64,000 nt of DNA from Myxococcota bacterium (GTDB taxonomy: Bacteria > Myxococcota_A > UBA9042 > PHBI01 > JAWLBL01), in NCBI GenBank assembly GCA_041687695.1, contig JAWLBL010000007.1, positions 192,001 through 256,000 of the forward strand. The letters run 5' to 3'. Position 1 is the first letter of the stretch. Each line of letters begins with the position of its first letter. Below the pieces are notes generated by a model. It saw nothing but the letters and a program-made list of their open reading frames with translations, was not told where the DNA came from and searched no databases. This document shows, piece after piece, positions 11,022 to 21,827 of the stretch. The position numbers were made by a program, and so were the translations under genes.

Positions 11022-11957
11022 CTAAAGGCGCTGCAGCTCCAGCCACTTCTCGCAGTCCATCGCCGCCTGGCAGCCCGTGCCCGCGGCGGTGATGGCCTGC
11101 CGGTAGCGGGTGTCGGCCACGTCGCCGCAGGCGTAGACGCCCTCGACGCTGGTCTCGGTCGGGCCATGGAGCTTCACGTAGCCGTGCTCGTCGAGCTCGA
11201 TCTGCCCTTCGAGGAAGCCCGTGTTCGGGACGTGGCCGATGGCGATGAAGATGCCCTCGACGTCGATGGCCTCGCGCTCGCCAGTCAGCGTGTTCTCGAG
11301 CAGGGCCCCGCTGATGGTGCGCTCGTCCTTGGACAGGTACTCGGCGATGGCCGAGTTCCACTTGATGTCGACCTTGGGGTTCTCGAGCACGCGCTCCTGC
11401 ATGATCTTCGAGGCCCGGAAGCTGTCGCGGCGGTGCACGACGGTCACCTTCGACGCGAAGCGGGTCAGGAAGTTGGCCTCCTCCATGGCGGAGTCGCCGC
11501 CGCCGACGACGATGATCTCCTTGTCCTTGAAGAAGAAGCCGTCGCAGGTCGCGCAGGTCGACAGGCCGCGGCCCTGGAAGCGCTGCTCGTTGGGCAGGTT
11601 CAGCCAGCGGGCCGAGGCGCCGGTCGCGATGATGACCGAGTGGGCCTTCAGCTCGCGACCGCCACTCCACACGGTGAAGGGCCGGCGCGAAAAATCCACG
11701 CGGTCGACGAGCTCGTACTCCTGGTGCTGGCTGCCGAACCGCTGGGCCTGCTTGCGCATGAGATCCATCAGCTCGGGCCCCATGATGCCCTCTGGGAAGC
11801 CCGGGAAGTTCTCGACCTCGGTCGTGATCGTCAGCTGGCCGCCGGGCTGCAGCCCCTCGAAGACGAGCGGCGCCAGGTTGGCGCGGGCGGTGTAGAGGGC
11901 CGCCGTCAGGCCGGCAGGGCCCGAGCCGATGATGATGACCTTGTGGACGTCCGTCAT
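11022..11957 (-). CDS. trxB: Thioredoxin-disulfide reductase
   Basis: IIGSGPAG, GGQLTITTEVENFPG, CATCDG, VGGGDSA, YRQAITAAG; start placed at ATG 11957. Confidence 0.96.
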   Translation of the reverse strand: MTDVHKVIIIGSGPAGLTAALYTARANLAPLVFEGLQPGGQLTITTEVENFPGFPEGIMGPELMDLMRKQAQRFGSQHQEYELVDRVDFSRRPFTVWSGGRELKAHSVIIATGASARWLNLPNEQRFQGRGLSTCATCDGFFFKDKEIIVVGGGDSAMEEANFLTRFASKVTVVHRRDSFRASKIMQERVLENPKVDIKWNSAIAEYLSKDERTISGALLENTLTGEREAIDVEGIFIAIGHVPNTGFLEGQIELDEHGYVKLHGPTETSVEGVYACGDVADTRYRQAITAAGTGCQAAMDCEKWLELQRL

Positions 11958-12061
11958 GCGCCGCTCCGAGGCTGAGGGGCCTGTCTGGCCCAAGGCGAGC
12001 CCCGTTCTATGTCAGCGCGGCGCCGGGGCGCAAGCTATAGCGGCCTCGCCGCTGCCTCGCC

Positions 12062-12535
12062 TCAGGAGGCCCGCGACTCGTGGCGTCCGGGGCCGCCCTC
12101 GAGGCGGTCCTTGAGGCCGAGGCGCCAGTGCTCGCTCATGATGCACCGGTCGTCGACCACGGCCACGCCGCGCTGGGCCAGCCTGCGCGCGACGCCGTCG
12201 TGGCGAAGGCCCGCCTGCAGCCAGACGACCCTGGGAAGCGGCTCCATCGCCAGGATGTCCGCGACATGGTCGGACAAGGCGTCGACGCGCCGGAAGACGT
12301 CCACGATGTCGACGCGCTCCGGGATTTCGGCGAGGCGCGCGTGGACGGGCTGGCCCCACAGCGTGCGTCCGACGAACAGCGGGTTGACCGCGATGACCCG
12401 GTAGCCCTGCTGGCTCAGGTAGTACGGCACGTAGCTGGCGGGACGCGTCGAGTCGGGGTGTCCCCCGAGCACCGCGATGGTGCGCGCCTGCGTCAGGATC
12501 TCGCGGAGCTCGTCGTCACGGGTGGTTGCGTGCAT
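12062..12535 (-). CDS. CoA-binding domain protein (YccU-like)
   Basis: TIAVLG, GYRVIAVNP, VDIVDVFRR, VWLQAG, DRCI. Confidence 0.9.
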   Translation of the reverse strand: MHATTRDDELREILTQARTIAVLGGHPDSTRPASYVPYYLSQQGYRVIAVNPLFVGRTLWGQPVHARLAEIPERVDIVDVFRRVDALSDHVADILAMEPLPRVVWLQAGLRHDGVARRLAQRGVAVVDDRCIMSEHWRLGLKDRLEGGPGRHESRAS

Positions 12536-12567
12536 GGCCGTGCCTCGGTAGGTGGGGGTCGGAGCGG

Positions 12568-13815
12568 CTATCGCTTCAGGCAGGACCAGACGGTCGCCCG
12601 ATACTGCCGGATGTTGAACGGCTTACGGATGCAGGGGCGCTGCGCCCAGGCCAGGAACTCCTCGAGCTCGGGGCTGACCACGTCGGCCGTGCTGAAGACG
12701 ACGCGTTCGGCCATCTGCGGCCGCTCTTGCAGGAGCCATCGGTACAGGCCCATGCCGTCGAGCGCGCCCGGCATCCACACGTCCGTGATGATGAGGTCGA
12801 CCTCGCCCTCGCCGAGCAGCTCGATGGCCTGCTCGGCCGACGTGGCCGTCAAGATCTGCCCGAACGAGCCCAGCACCCGGCGACTCAGCATCAGGAACAG
12901 CGGAGCGTCGTCCACGACCAGGATGCGCGCGTGTCCGGGGATGGCGCGCGGCGCCTCCTCGGGGCGTCCGCGCGGGGCGATCGGCGCCTCGGCCGCCTCG
13001 GGCGCGGGCGCGGATCGCAAGCTGATGGTGAGGCACCCGCCCATGGGCGTGTTGGTGACCCGCAGCTCGCCCCCGGCGTCACCGATGATGGCGGCCGCCA
13101 CGGCCAGCCTCAGGCTCATCCAGTCCAGCCCCGGCCGCACCCGGCTCGGCTCGAAGGCCTGGTCCGACTCGGGATAGCCGGGGCCCGTGTCGCGCAGGCG
13201 GATGACGACCTCGTCGTCGTGTCGCGCGGCCTCGACGGTCAGCTCACCGCCGCCGTGCAGATCCAGCATCCTCAGCGCCGCGTCCATCAGGTCCATCAGC
13301 GCGTGCCGGAGCCGCCCGGGATCCGCCCACGCGACGAGGGCGCTCGACGGGCGCGGCATCACCAGACGCACCCGCTGTTCGCGCAGCTCGGCCTCGCGGT
13401 AGCGGCCGACCTCGACGATGAGCCGCCCGACGTCGACGGCCTGCGGGTGGACCGGCTCGACGCGCACCAGCGCCAGCAGGCTGCGCACCAACATCGCGCA
13501 GGTCTGCGAGTATTGGCGGATCTTCTCCGCGGCCGGCTGCACGTTCGGCGGCAACGGCGCGCCCTCGACGAGGATGTCGGAGTAGCCGATGACCGCCTGC
13601 AGGGTCGTGTTGAGGGCGTGAACGAGGCTCGCCGTGACGTACCCCATCGGCTCTTCGCCGCCACCGGCCGGCTCGGAAGTCGCCGGGTGGACCGCGCTCG
13701 CCGCACGGCCGCGCTCCTCCGTACGCTTGCCCGCGCCCTCCGAGGAGGCCTTGCCGCGCTCCCGGCCGCCCTCATCGCCCGGGCCGCGGCCCTTGTGCTC
13801 CCACTTGTCCGACAC
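12568..13815 (-). CDS. Hybrid histidine kinase-like/receiver protein with a degenerate kinase core
   Basis: H-box-like HALNTTL, DTGPG, C-terminal receiver (ILVVDD, TDVWMP, RKPF); start uncertain. Confidence 0.8.
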   Translation of the reverse strand: MSDKWEHKGRGPGDEGGRERGKASSEGAGKRTEERGRAASAVHPATSEPAGGGEEPMGYVTASLVHALNTTLQAVIGYSDILVEGAPLPPNVQPAAEKIRQYSQTCAMLVRSLLALVRVEPVHPQAVDVGRLIVEVGRYREAELREQRVRLVMPRPSSALVAWADPGRLRHALMDLMDAALRMLDLHGGGELTVEAARHDDEVVIRLRDTGPGYPESDQAFEPSRVRPGLDWMSLRLAVAAAIIGDAGGELRVTNTPMGGCLTISLRSAPAPEAAEAPIAPRGRPEEAPRAIPGHARILVVDDAPLFLMLSRRVLGSFGQILTATSAEQAIELLGEGEVDLIITDVWMPGALDGMGLYRWLLQERPQMAERVVFSTADVVSPELEEFLAWAQRPCIRKPFNIRQYRATVWSCLKR

Positions 13816-14126
13816 GACGCCTCCTCCGGGGCGCGTCGGCCAACGCGCCCACGCGCCGACCGCGCCCGCGACCCTGCGGCCCTACGGCGCGCGCGCCTGG
13901 CCGGATGCGGGTCATGTGGCGGGGAGCGAGGCTGGCCAGCCTCTCGTCCGAGGCTGCACTCGCTCGCCGTTCGTCTCAAGCTTCTGGCGGCAGACCTGGG
14001 GAAGCCGAGGCCCCTCGCCGGCCGCCTCGCGGCCCGGGAGCGTGGTCTCCAGCTCGTCGTCCATGTCGAACAATGTCGCGCACAGGCGTGACATTCCCCG
14101 CACTTAGGTGACTTCGACCCGGCGGC

Positions 14127-14798
14127 TCAGTCGACCAGGGGCGTCCAGAGGCGCCGCGCGACGGCCGCCGCCCGCGGCGGGTCCGTCACCAGCGGCCCAG
14201 ACAGGTGGACCGAGATGCGCTGCCCGTCGTAGGTCAGACCGCCGAAGGCGCGCGGGTGGTCGCGCATGGTCGACAGGACGGCGCCCAGGAGATCCGAGTC
14301 GAGCGCGAACGTCGCCTCCGTGTCGCTGGCATCGACCCGCAGGGTCCCGCCGACGCGCTGCTCGACCTCGTGCCGTCGGGTCACCGGGGGACCGCCCAGG
14401 GACGCGCCGTCCCTGCCCATCCCCGGCGCCTGCTGGTCCCTGGGCCACACGCGCCAGGCCATCGGGGCCTCGTGCCCGGGCGTCTGGATGATGGCGTGCA
14501 GCACGTCGCCCTGCCGGCCGAGGCGCACGACCAGCGGCTGCATCCCGTCGTGCACCAGCACGCCGTCGCCCTCGACCACGGCGCCGGGCAGCTCGGCCCA
14601 GGTGGCCACCAGCCCCCGCACCACGGCGCGCGGGCCTCGGCGGTCGTACCAGGCGCTGACCCAGACGCCGACCAGGGCCAGGGCGCCGCTGGCGATGAAC
14701 CAGGGCGCCACGTCCGGCGGCGCGCTCAGGGCCGCGAGCGCCAGCGCGCCCAGCGCGACGCCCAGGATGACCCGCTGTCGCCGCTGCGCCCCGCTCAC
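14127..14798 (-). CDS. Hypothetical membrane protein
   Basis: GTG at 14798 overlaps the upstream stop; two N-terminal hydrophobic helices. Confidence 0.7.
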   Translation of the reverse strand: MSGAQRRQRVILGVALGALALAALSAPPDVAPWFIASGALALVGVWVSAWYDRRGPRAVVRGLVATWAELPGAVVEGDGVLVHDGMQPLVVRLGRQGDVLHAIIQTPGHEAPMAWRVWPRDQQAPGMGRDGASLGGPPVTRRHEVEQRVGGTLRVDASDTEATFALDSDLLGAVLSTMRDHPRAFGGLTYDGQRISVHLSGPLVTDPPRAAAVARRLWTPLVD

Positions 14799-16465
14799 TG
14801 CCAGGCGCTCTCGGCCGACAGGGTCGCGCCTATGGGGTCGGGCGAGAACGGCACGGGCAGGTCGATGAACCCCTCGGCGCCCGTAGTGCCCTTGGTCAGC
14901 AGCAGGGGGCCGTCCCCAGGCTCGCGGTCGGGGACCGCGACGAAGAGCTCGACCGTGACGTTCGGCAGCGCGGCCCCGTCGGGGCCGACGATGGTCAGCC
15001 GCGACAGCGAGGGCTCGGGCAGCGCGATGTCCAGGGTCGCCCCGGCGGTCGCGTCGTGATCGTGCACGGTCAGCGGCGGGGCGCCGGTGGCCGGATCGGG
15101 CGTGACGCGCAGGTCGTAACGGCCGGGGTCGACGCGCAGTTCGAAGGCGCCCCCGGGGCCGAGGGTCGTCTGGTAGGGCCCGCTGGGGATCGCCAGCGCG
15201 GACGCGCCCCCCTTGTCGCTGCGGCGCGTCGCGACGACCAGCCCGGTCTCGACCGGCGCCCCGTCGGCGTCGCGGACCAGGCCCGCGATGGGGGCCCGCA
15301 GCGGGAGGATCACCGAGATGGGCGCCACCAGCCCGCTCTCCTTGTCGGCCCCGGCGAGGTTCAGCTTGCCGTGCCACGAGGACCAGGGCAGGCCGGGCGT
15401 CGGGCTGACCAGGCACTCGTAGCCGCCGGGCAGCGCCGTGAAGGTGGCCAGCCCCTGCGCGTTCGTGGTGGCCGAGCGGCGCAGAGAGCCGCCCTCGAGC
15501 GTGCCGACGCAGGTCACGGACGTCTCGGGCATGGGCTCGAGGCCGCCGCCGTCGACCGCCGTGCGCTGGACGCTCAGCGTCGCCGGGAACTCGGCCGTGC
15601 CGGCGGGCAGGCTCGGGACGGTGACGTCGAGGCCCTTCTTCGGCGCGAGCGGCTCCGTCGTGTAGTCGGGGAACAGCGGCCCCTCGGCGGGCGCCTGCAC
15701 CTTCAGCCGGACCTCGGCGACGTGCTTGGGCAACGTCATCTCGAAGCGCCCGTACTGGCTCTCGGTCGTGACCGTCGGCCCGGGCTTTCCGTCCGGCATG
15801 ATGGCCGTCACGCGGGCGCCGCCGACGGCCTTGTAGTCGCTGAAGCGCACGAACCCATCCACCGTGGCGACCTCGCGCGGCAGCACGAGATCCACGACCT
15901 CCTCGGACTCGACCAGCTGCGACGGCTCGAGGATGAAGGTGTGCGAGGGCGTGTCCTTCCAGTCCGGTCGGAACGTCACCTCGTAGCGCCGCGCGGGGAG
16001 CAGGAGCAGCTCGTAGCCGAAGCCGTCGGTGTTCAGGCCATCGTGCGAGCGCGACGTGAACCGGTAGTCGAGCCCGGGGATGTCACCCAGGGCGCGGGCG
16101 TCCAGCTCGCCGGGGACGTTGACGGTGAAGGCGTCGTTCTCGAAGCGGACGAGGCCACGCAGGCGGACCGGCTCGAGCAGCTTGATGGTGACCGAGGGGC
16201 CCTGCGACAGGTCCAGGCTGGGCACCTGCTGCTGGACCAGCCCCGACCCGGCCGGCGGCGACAGGCGGACCTGGACCTGGAGCTGGTTGACCCCGGGCGC
16301 GACGCAGTGGCCGAAGGTGCACTGCCGCTCGGAGGGGCACTGGGAGTCGGTCGTGCAGGCCGGCGCGTCGTCGGTCTCGGCCTCGTAGCAGGCCGTCAGC
16401 GCCGCCGTCGCCAGGACGACCACGGCCGCCAGACCGGTCAGCGAGCGGATCGGCGCGCGCCTCAC
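14795..16465 (-). CDS. Putative lipoprotein with repeated Ig/carboxypeptidase-regulatory-like beta domains
   Basis: Lipobox LTAC, Cys-rich CTTDSQCPSERQCTFGHC module, repeated G(R)Y.L.V.P and T...G.F motifs. Confidence 0.78.
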   Translation of the reverse strand: MRRAPIRSLTGLAAVVVLATAALTACYEAETDDAPACTTDSQCPSERQCTFGHCVAPGVNQLQVQVRLSPPAGSGLVQQQVPSLDLSQGPSVTIKLLEPVRLRGLVRFENDAFTVNVPGELDARALGDIPGLDYRFTSRSHDGLNTDGFGYELLLLPARRYEVTFRPDWKDTPSHTFILEPSQLVESEEVVDLVLPREVATVDGFVRFSDYKAVGGARVTAIMPDGKPGPTVTTESQYGRFEMTLPKHVAEVRLKVQAPAEGPLFPDYTTEPLAPKKGLDVTVPSLPAGTAEFPATLSVQRTAVDGGGLEPMPETSVTCVGTLEGGSLRRSATTNAQGLATFTALPGGYECLVSPTPGLPWSSWHGKLNLAGADKESGLVAPISVILPLRAPIAGLVRDADGAPVETGLVVATRRSDKGGASALAIPSGPYQTTLGPGGAFELRVDPGRYDLRVTPDPATGAPPLTVHDHDATAGATLDIALPEPSLSRLTIVGPDGAALPNVTVELFVAVPDREPGDGPLLLTKGTTGAEGFIDLPVPFSPDPIGATLSAESAWQ

Positions 16466-17039
16466 TGGGCACCCACCGGCAGCGAACAGCAGCCCTCACC
16501 GACCGGGATCATCCAGTACATGCGCCGCAGATCGCCGTCCTCTGAGACCTGCCGGGCGCCGTCCGGGTTGAAGGCCACGGGGGGCCGGTCCATCATGAAG
16601 ACCTCGATCTCGTTGAGCCCCTCGCGCGAGTTCAGCGTCTGGCAGGGCACGAACGTGAACTCTTCGACGTCCGACGCGCTGATGGGGACGCTCTGGCCTT
16701 CGATGTAGTTGACGTACCAGAACACGAAGACGCGGTCGCCCTGGGGGTCGTCGACCGCGTTGGAGATGTCGAGGGTCACCGAGTCGCCCGCGCAGACCTG
16801 GGTCAGCAGATCCGGCGGCGGCTGCGCGAGCCGCTCGTCGACGAGCAGCGGGAGATTGACGTTTTCCTGCGGCTCCCAGTCGGGCAGCGGGCAGGCGGAG
16901 AGCGCCGAGGTCATCAACGTCATGGCCACGGGGTAAAGCAATCGGCGTGCCAGACCGGGCGAGCGCCGCGGCGCCGCTTGAACGGTGGCCGCGCCCCTGC
17001 GAGGGGCGTCGCCGCCGGTGCCCGACCCTGACAGCCGTG

Positions 17040-17043
<4 letters not shown>
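16462..17043 (-). CDS. Putative lipoprotein
   Basis: Lipobox LSAC, DPQGD..FWYVN Ig-like motif; coupled to both neighbours; alternative start at 16923. Confidence 0.72.
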
Positions 17044-18833
<1,790 letters not shown>

Positions 18834-18968
18834 GTCGCTCGCTTGGACGGTCGTGCTGCGGTCGCAGATGATACGTGCGTTGGCCCGGGGCGTCCACGAG
18901 GCTCGTCGCCGGACCGCCGGCGCACGGGCCGGCTGGGCCTCAACACGAGGCGAACCGCCGCCTATGCC

Positions 18969-19877
18969 TCAGAAGGTCGCGCCGACGCCCAGCCCGAGGT
19001 CGCCCGGGCCCGGCATCAGCCGCAGGGTCACGCCGGGGGCCGGCAGCTCGCGCGGGACCTCGTCCGGGCTCTCGAAGGGCTCGACCCGCTCCTCGACGCT
19101 CCGCGCCGGCGGCCGGTTCGTCAGCCCGTCGACGACGCTGTAGCCCCACGCGCCGACGAACACGGCGGTGCCGCCCCACCACAGCCCCTCGAGCAAGCTG
19201 GCCTGGCCCTGGTCGCGGTCGCTGACCTGGTTGGTGCCCGGGATGAGGTTGGCCTGCAGCCCGAAGTAGCTGGCGACGTTGACGGCGAGGCCGATGCCCT
19301 GCAGGACCGCGACCACCGTGCCCGTGGTGCGGTCGTCGTTGGCGAACTGGCCCACCCCGAAGGGGGCGAAGTAGGCGATGAGCGGCGCGCGGCGCAGGGT
19401 GACCGTGCGCACGAGGCGACCGGCCGGGGGGCCGTTGTCGGGGTCGGGGGGCACGTCGGGCGGCCGGCCGATGACGCCCTCGTCCTTGAGGAACTGCCGG
19501 TGCTCGTCGAAGAAGCGGACCAGCTCGGGCGGGTAGTACAGCTTGTCGAGCGGGTAGTTGGGCTCGATGCGCAGCAGGGCCGTGAAGGTGCGGCGCGCCG
19601 ACCCGTACAGGCCCAAAAACCACTGGCTCGCGCCGAGGCGCTCGAGGATGGTCAGGCGCATCCGTGGATCCTGGATGCGCGCGTCGTCGACCAGCGGCTC
19701 GAGCAGCTGGATCGTGCGCTCGAAGTTCTGGAAGCGGAAGGCCTCGTTGGCCTGCTCGAGGCGCTGCGCGACGTCCGACGTGACCGTCTGGGCGCGGGCG
19801 GGCCGGGACGACGGCGCGTCGAGCAGCGCGACCGCGGCGGCGAGGGCCGCGGCGACCCACGCGTGCCGAGGCCTCAC
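18969..19877 (-). CDS. Secreted TPR-containing protein
   Basis: Signal peptide ending ARA-Q, TPR-like helices, hydrophobic C-terminal part with terminal F; coupled to the kinase. Confidence 0.75.
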   Translation of the reverse strand: MRPRHAWVAAALAAAVALLDAPSSRPARAQTVTSDVAQRLEQANEAFRFQNFERTIQLLEPLVDDARIQDPRMRLTILERLGASQWFLGLYGSARRTFTALLRIEPNYPLDKLYYPPELVRFFDEHRQFLKDEGVIGRPPDVPPDPDNGPPAGRLVRTVTLRRAPLIAYFAPFGVGQFANDDRTTGTVVAVLQGIGLAVNVASYFGLQANLIPGTNQVSDRDQGQASLLEGLWWGGTAVFVGAWGYSVVDGLTNRPPARSVEERVEPFESPDEVPRELPAPGVTLRLMPGPGDLGLGVGATF

Positions 19878-21661
19878 TCGAGCCTCAATACGAGCTGCGC
19901 CTTGGGCTTGATGATGAACGAGCGGTTCAGCAGGGTCTGCCCCGTGGCCGACGTGACCTTGATGAGCCCCGTGCGGGCCTCGTGCGAGGTCACCGGGATC
20001 TCATAGGTGCGGCCACAAGGTCCATAGGTCTTGTCGTTGATGATGACCGTGCCGTCGGCGCAGTCGATCTTCACGCGCGCCGGCGGGTAGCGATAGACGA
20101 AGTGAAATCGCTGCTTGTCGGCGGCCTTGACCTCGAAGCCCTGGACGTCGACGGCGTCGGTGAACTCGGGGTGGACCAGCTGGACCTTGTAGCGGCCGGG
20201 GCGCAGCGCCAGATCGCTGCCGGGCTGCACGGCCTTGCCCTCGACCCGCAGGCGCACGGCGGGCGGCTCGGCGCTGAGCCGCACCGGCACCGGCGGCTCC
20301 TTGATCTCGGGGGGCTTGGGGCGCTTGGGCGTGCGGAGCTGGGCCTGCCGGGCGACGACCTGGGCCGCGGCGACCACCATCACGGGCCCCGTGGCGCGGC
20401 CGGCGGTCGTGGGCGCCGGCGTCGGCGGCGTCTCGACGGGGGCGACGACCCGCTCGAGCCGCGGCGGCGTGACCGGCACGGGGCGCAGGGCCAGCGCGCG
20501 CCCCGACGCCCAGGGGGTCGGCTCGGGCTCGGGCATCAGCACGATGACCGCGACGGCGGCGGCGACCCCGACCAGCAGCCCTCCGGAGATGGCGAGCCCG
20601 CGCCGGACCTTCATCCCGGTGCTCAGCCGGCGGACGCGCTCGGCGGCCTCGTCGTGGTCGGGGTCGAGGGTCAGGACCCGGCCGTAGGCCTCGAGCGCCT
20701 TGTGGACCTGGCCGTCGGCGGCGAACTCGTGGGCGTTGGCCATGAGCGCCGCCACCAGCCGCTCGCCCAGGCGCCGCTGGTAGCCGTCGCGGTCCGCCAT
20801 GAACTGGGCCAGCTCGCCCTCGTAGTCGCGCAGGCCGCGCGCGGCGAGCCAGGCCTCGAGGTCGGCCGCGAGCGCCTCGATGGACGGGTAGCGCAGCTCG
20901 CGCTCGACCTGCAGGCAGCGCCCGATGATGCGCGCCAGCTCGGCCTCGACGTGCTCGTTGAGGCGCCGCGGGTCGTCGTAGCGCCCCTCGAGGATGCGCT
21001 TGAGGACCGCGTGGGGCGTGGTCGCGTCGAAGGGCAGGGCGCCGCCCGTCGCGACGACGAACAGCACCGTCCCGAGCGCCCACACGTCGGCCCGGAAGTC
21101 GAGCACGCGCGCGCCCTCGATCTGCTCGGGCGACATGTGGGCGGGCGAGCCGACCAGCGTGCCGGTGATGGTCATCGACTCGAGGCCGACGATCTGCGCG
21201 ATGCCGAAGTCGGTCAGCTTCACGACGCCGTCGCGGCCGACCAGGATGTTCTCGGGTTTGACGTCCCGGTGGATGATCTGGTGGGCGTGGGCGTGGGTCA
21301 GGGCCTGGGCCACCGCCACCACGATCATCGCGCCCACCTCGGGCAGCATCCGCGGCTCGGACCGGACCAGCTCCGACAGCGGCGCCCCCTGGACCAGCTC
21401 GGTCACCAGGTAGCTCAGCTCGGGCTCGTCGGCCGAGAAGTCGTAGATCTCGGGGATGTTGTGGTGCGTCAGGCGCGCCACGGCCCGCGCCTCGCGCGCG
21501 AATCGCTCGCGCGCGTCGGGATCTCGCGCCAGGTGGCGGTGCATGACCTTGATCGCCACGTCGCGGTCCAGGTTCTCGTCGTGACCGCGATACACGACGC
21601 TCATGCCGCCGTGCCCGATCTCCTCGAGGACCCGGTACTTCTCGATTCGTTCCCGCATCAT
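19874..21661 (-). CDS. Hanks-type Ser/Thr protein kinase, membrane anchored
   Basis: GHGGMS, VAIK, HRDVKPEN, DFG, SPE; TPR, TM helix, Pro-rich linker, PEGA-like tail. Confidence 0.95.
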   Translation of the reverse strand: MMRERIEKYRVLEEIGHGGMSVVYRGHDENLDRDVAIKVMHRHLARDPDARERFAREARAVARLTHHNIPEIYDFSADEPELSYLVTELVQGAPLSELVRSEPRMLPEVGAMIVVAVAQALTHAHAHQIIHRDVKPENILVGRDGVVKLTDFGIAQIVGLESMTITGTLVGSPAHMSPEQIEGARVLDFRADVWALGTVLFVVATGGALPFDATTPHAVLKRILEGRYDDPRRLNEHVEAELARIIGRCLQVERELRYPSIEALAADLEAWLAARGLRDYEGELAQFMADRDGYQRRLGERLVAALMANAHEFAADGQVHKALEAYGRVLTLDPDHDEAAERVRRLSTGMKVRRGLAISGGLLVGVAAAVAVIVLMPEPEPTPWASGRALALRPVPVTPPRLERVVAPVETPPTPAPTTAGRATGPVMVVAAAQVVARQAQLRTPKRPKPPEIKEPPVPVRLSAEPPAVRLRVEGKAVQPGSDLALRPGRYKVQLVHPEFTDAVDVQGFEVKAADKQRFHFVYRYPPARVKIDCADGTVIINDKTYGPCGRTYEIPVTSHEARTGLIKVTSATGQTLLNRSFIIKPKAQLVLRLE

Positions 21662-21827
21662 CCCCGGGGCCAGCCGTCACCCCCGACTCGCGATCGCGAC
21701 GGCTTGCATCGAGCCGCCGTGACCGCAATGATACCGGATGGTTTCAGGCTTTGGCCCCGGTGTAAAGGAGGCGAAGCCCCGCGTCCCGCCTTTCGAACGG
21801 GCCGGGCGGCCGCCGCCTCCCTCCGGC

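Noticed and set aside
13912..14103. 63-aa ORF upstream of the hybrid kinase
   Set aside because: No SD, motif or clear codon bias; treated as intergenic
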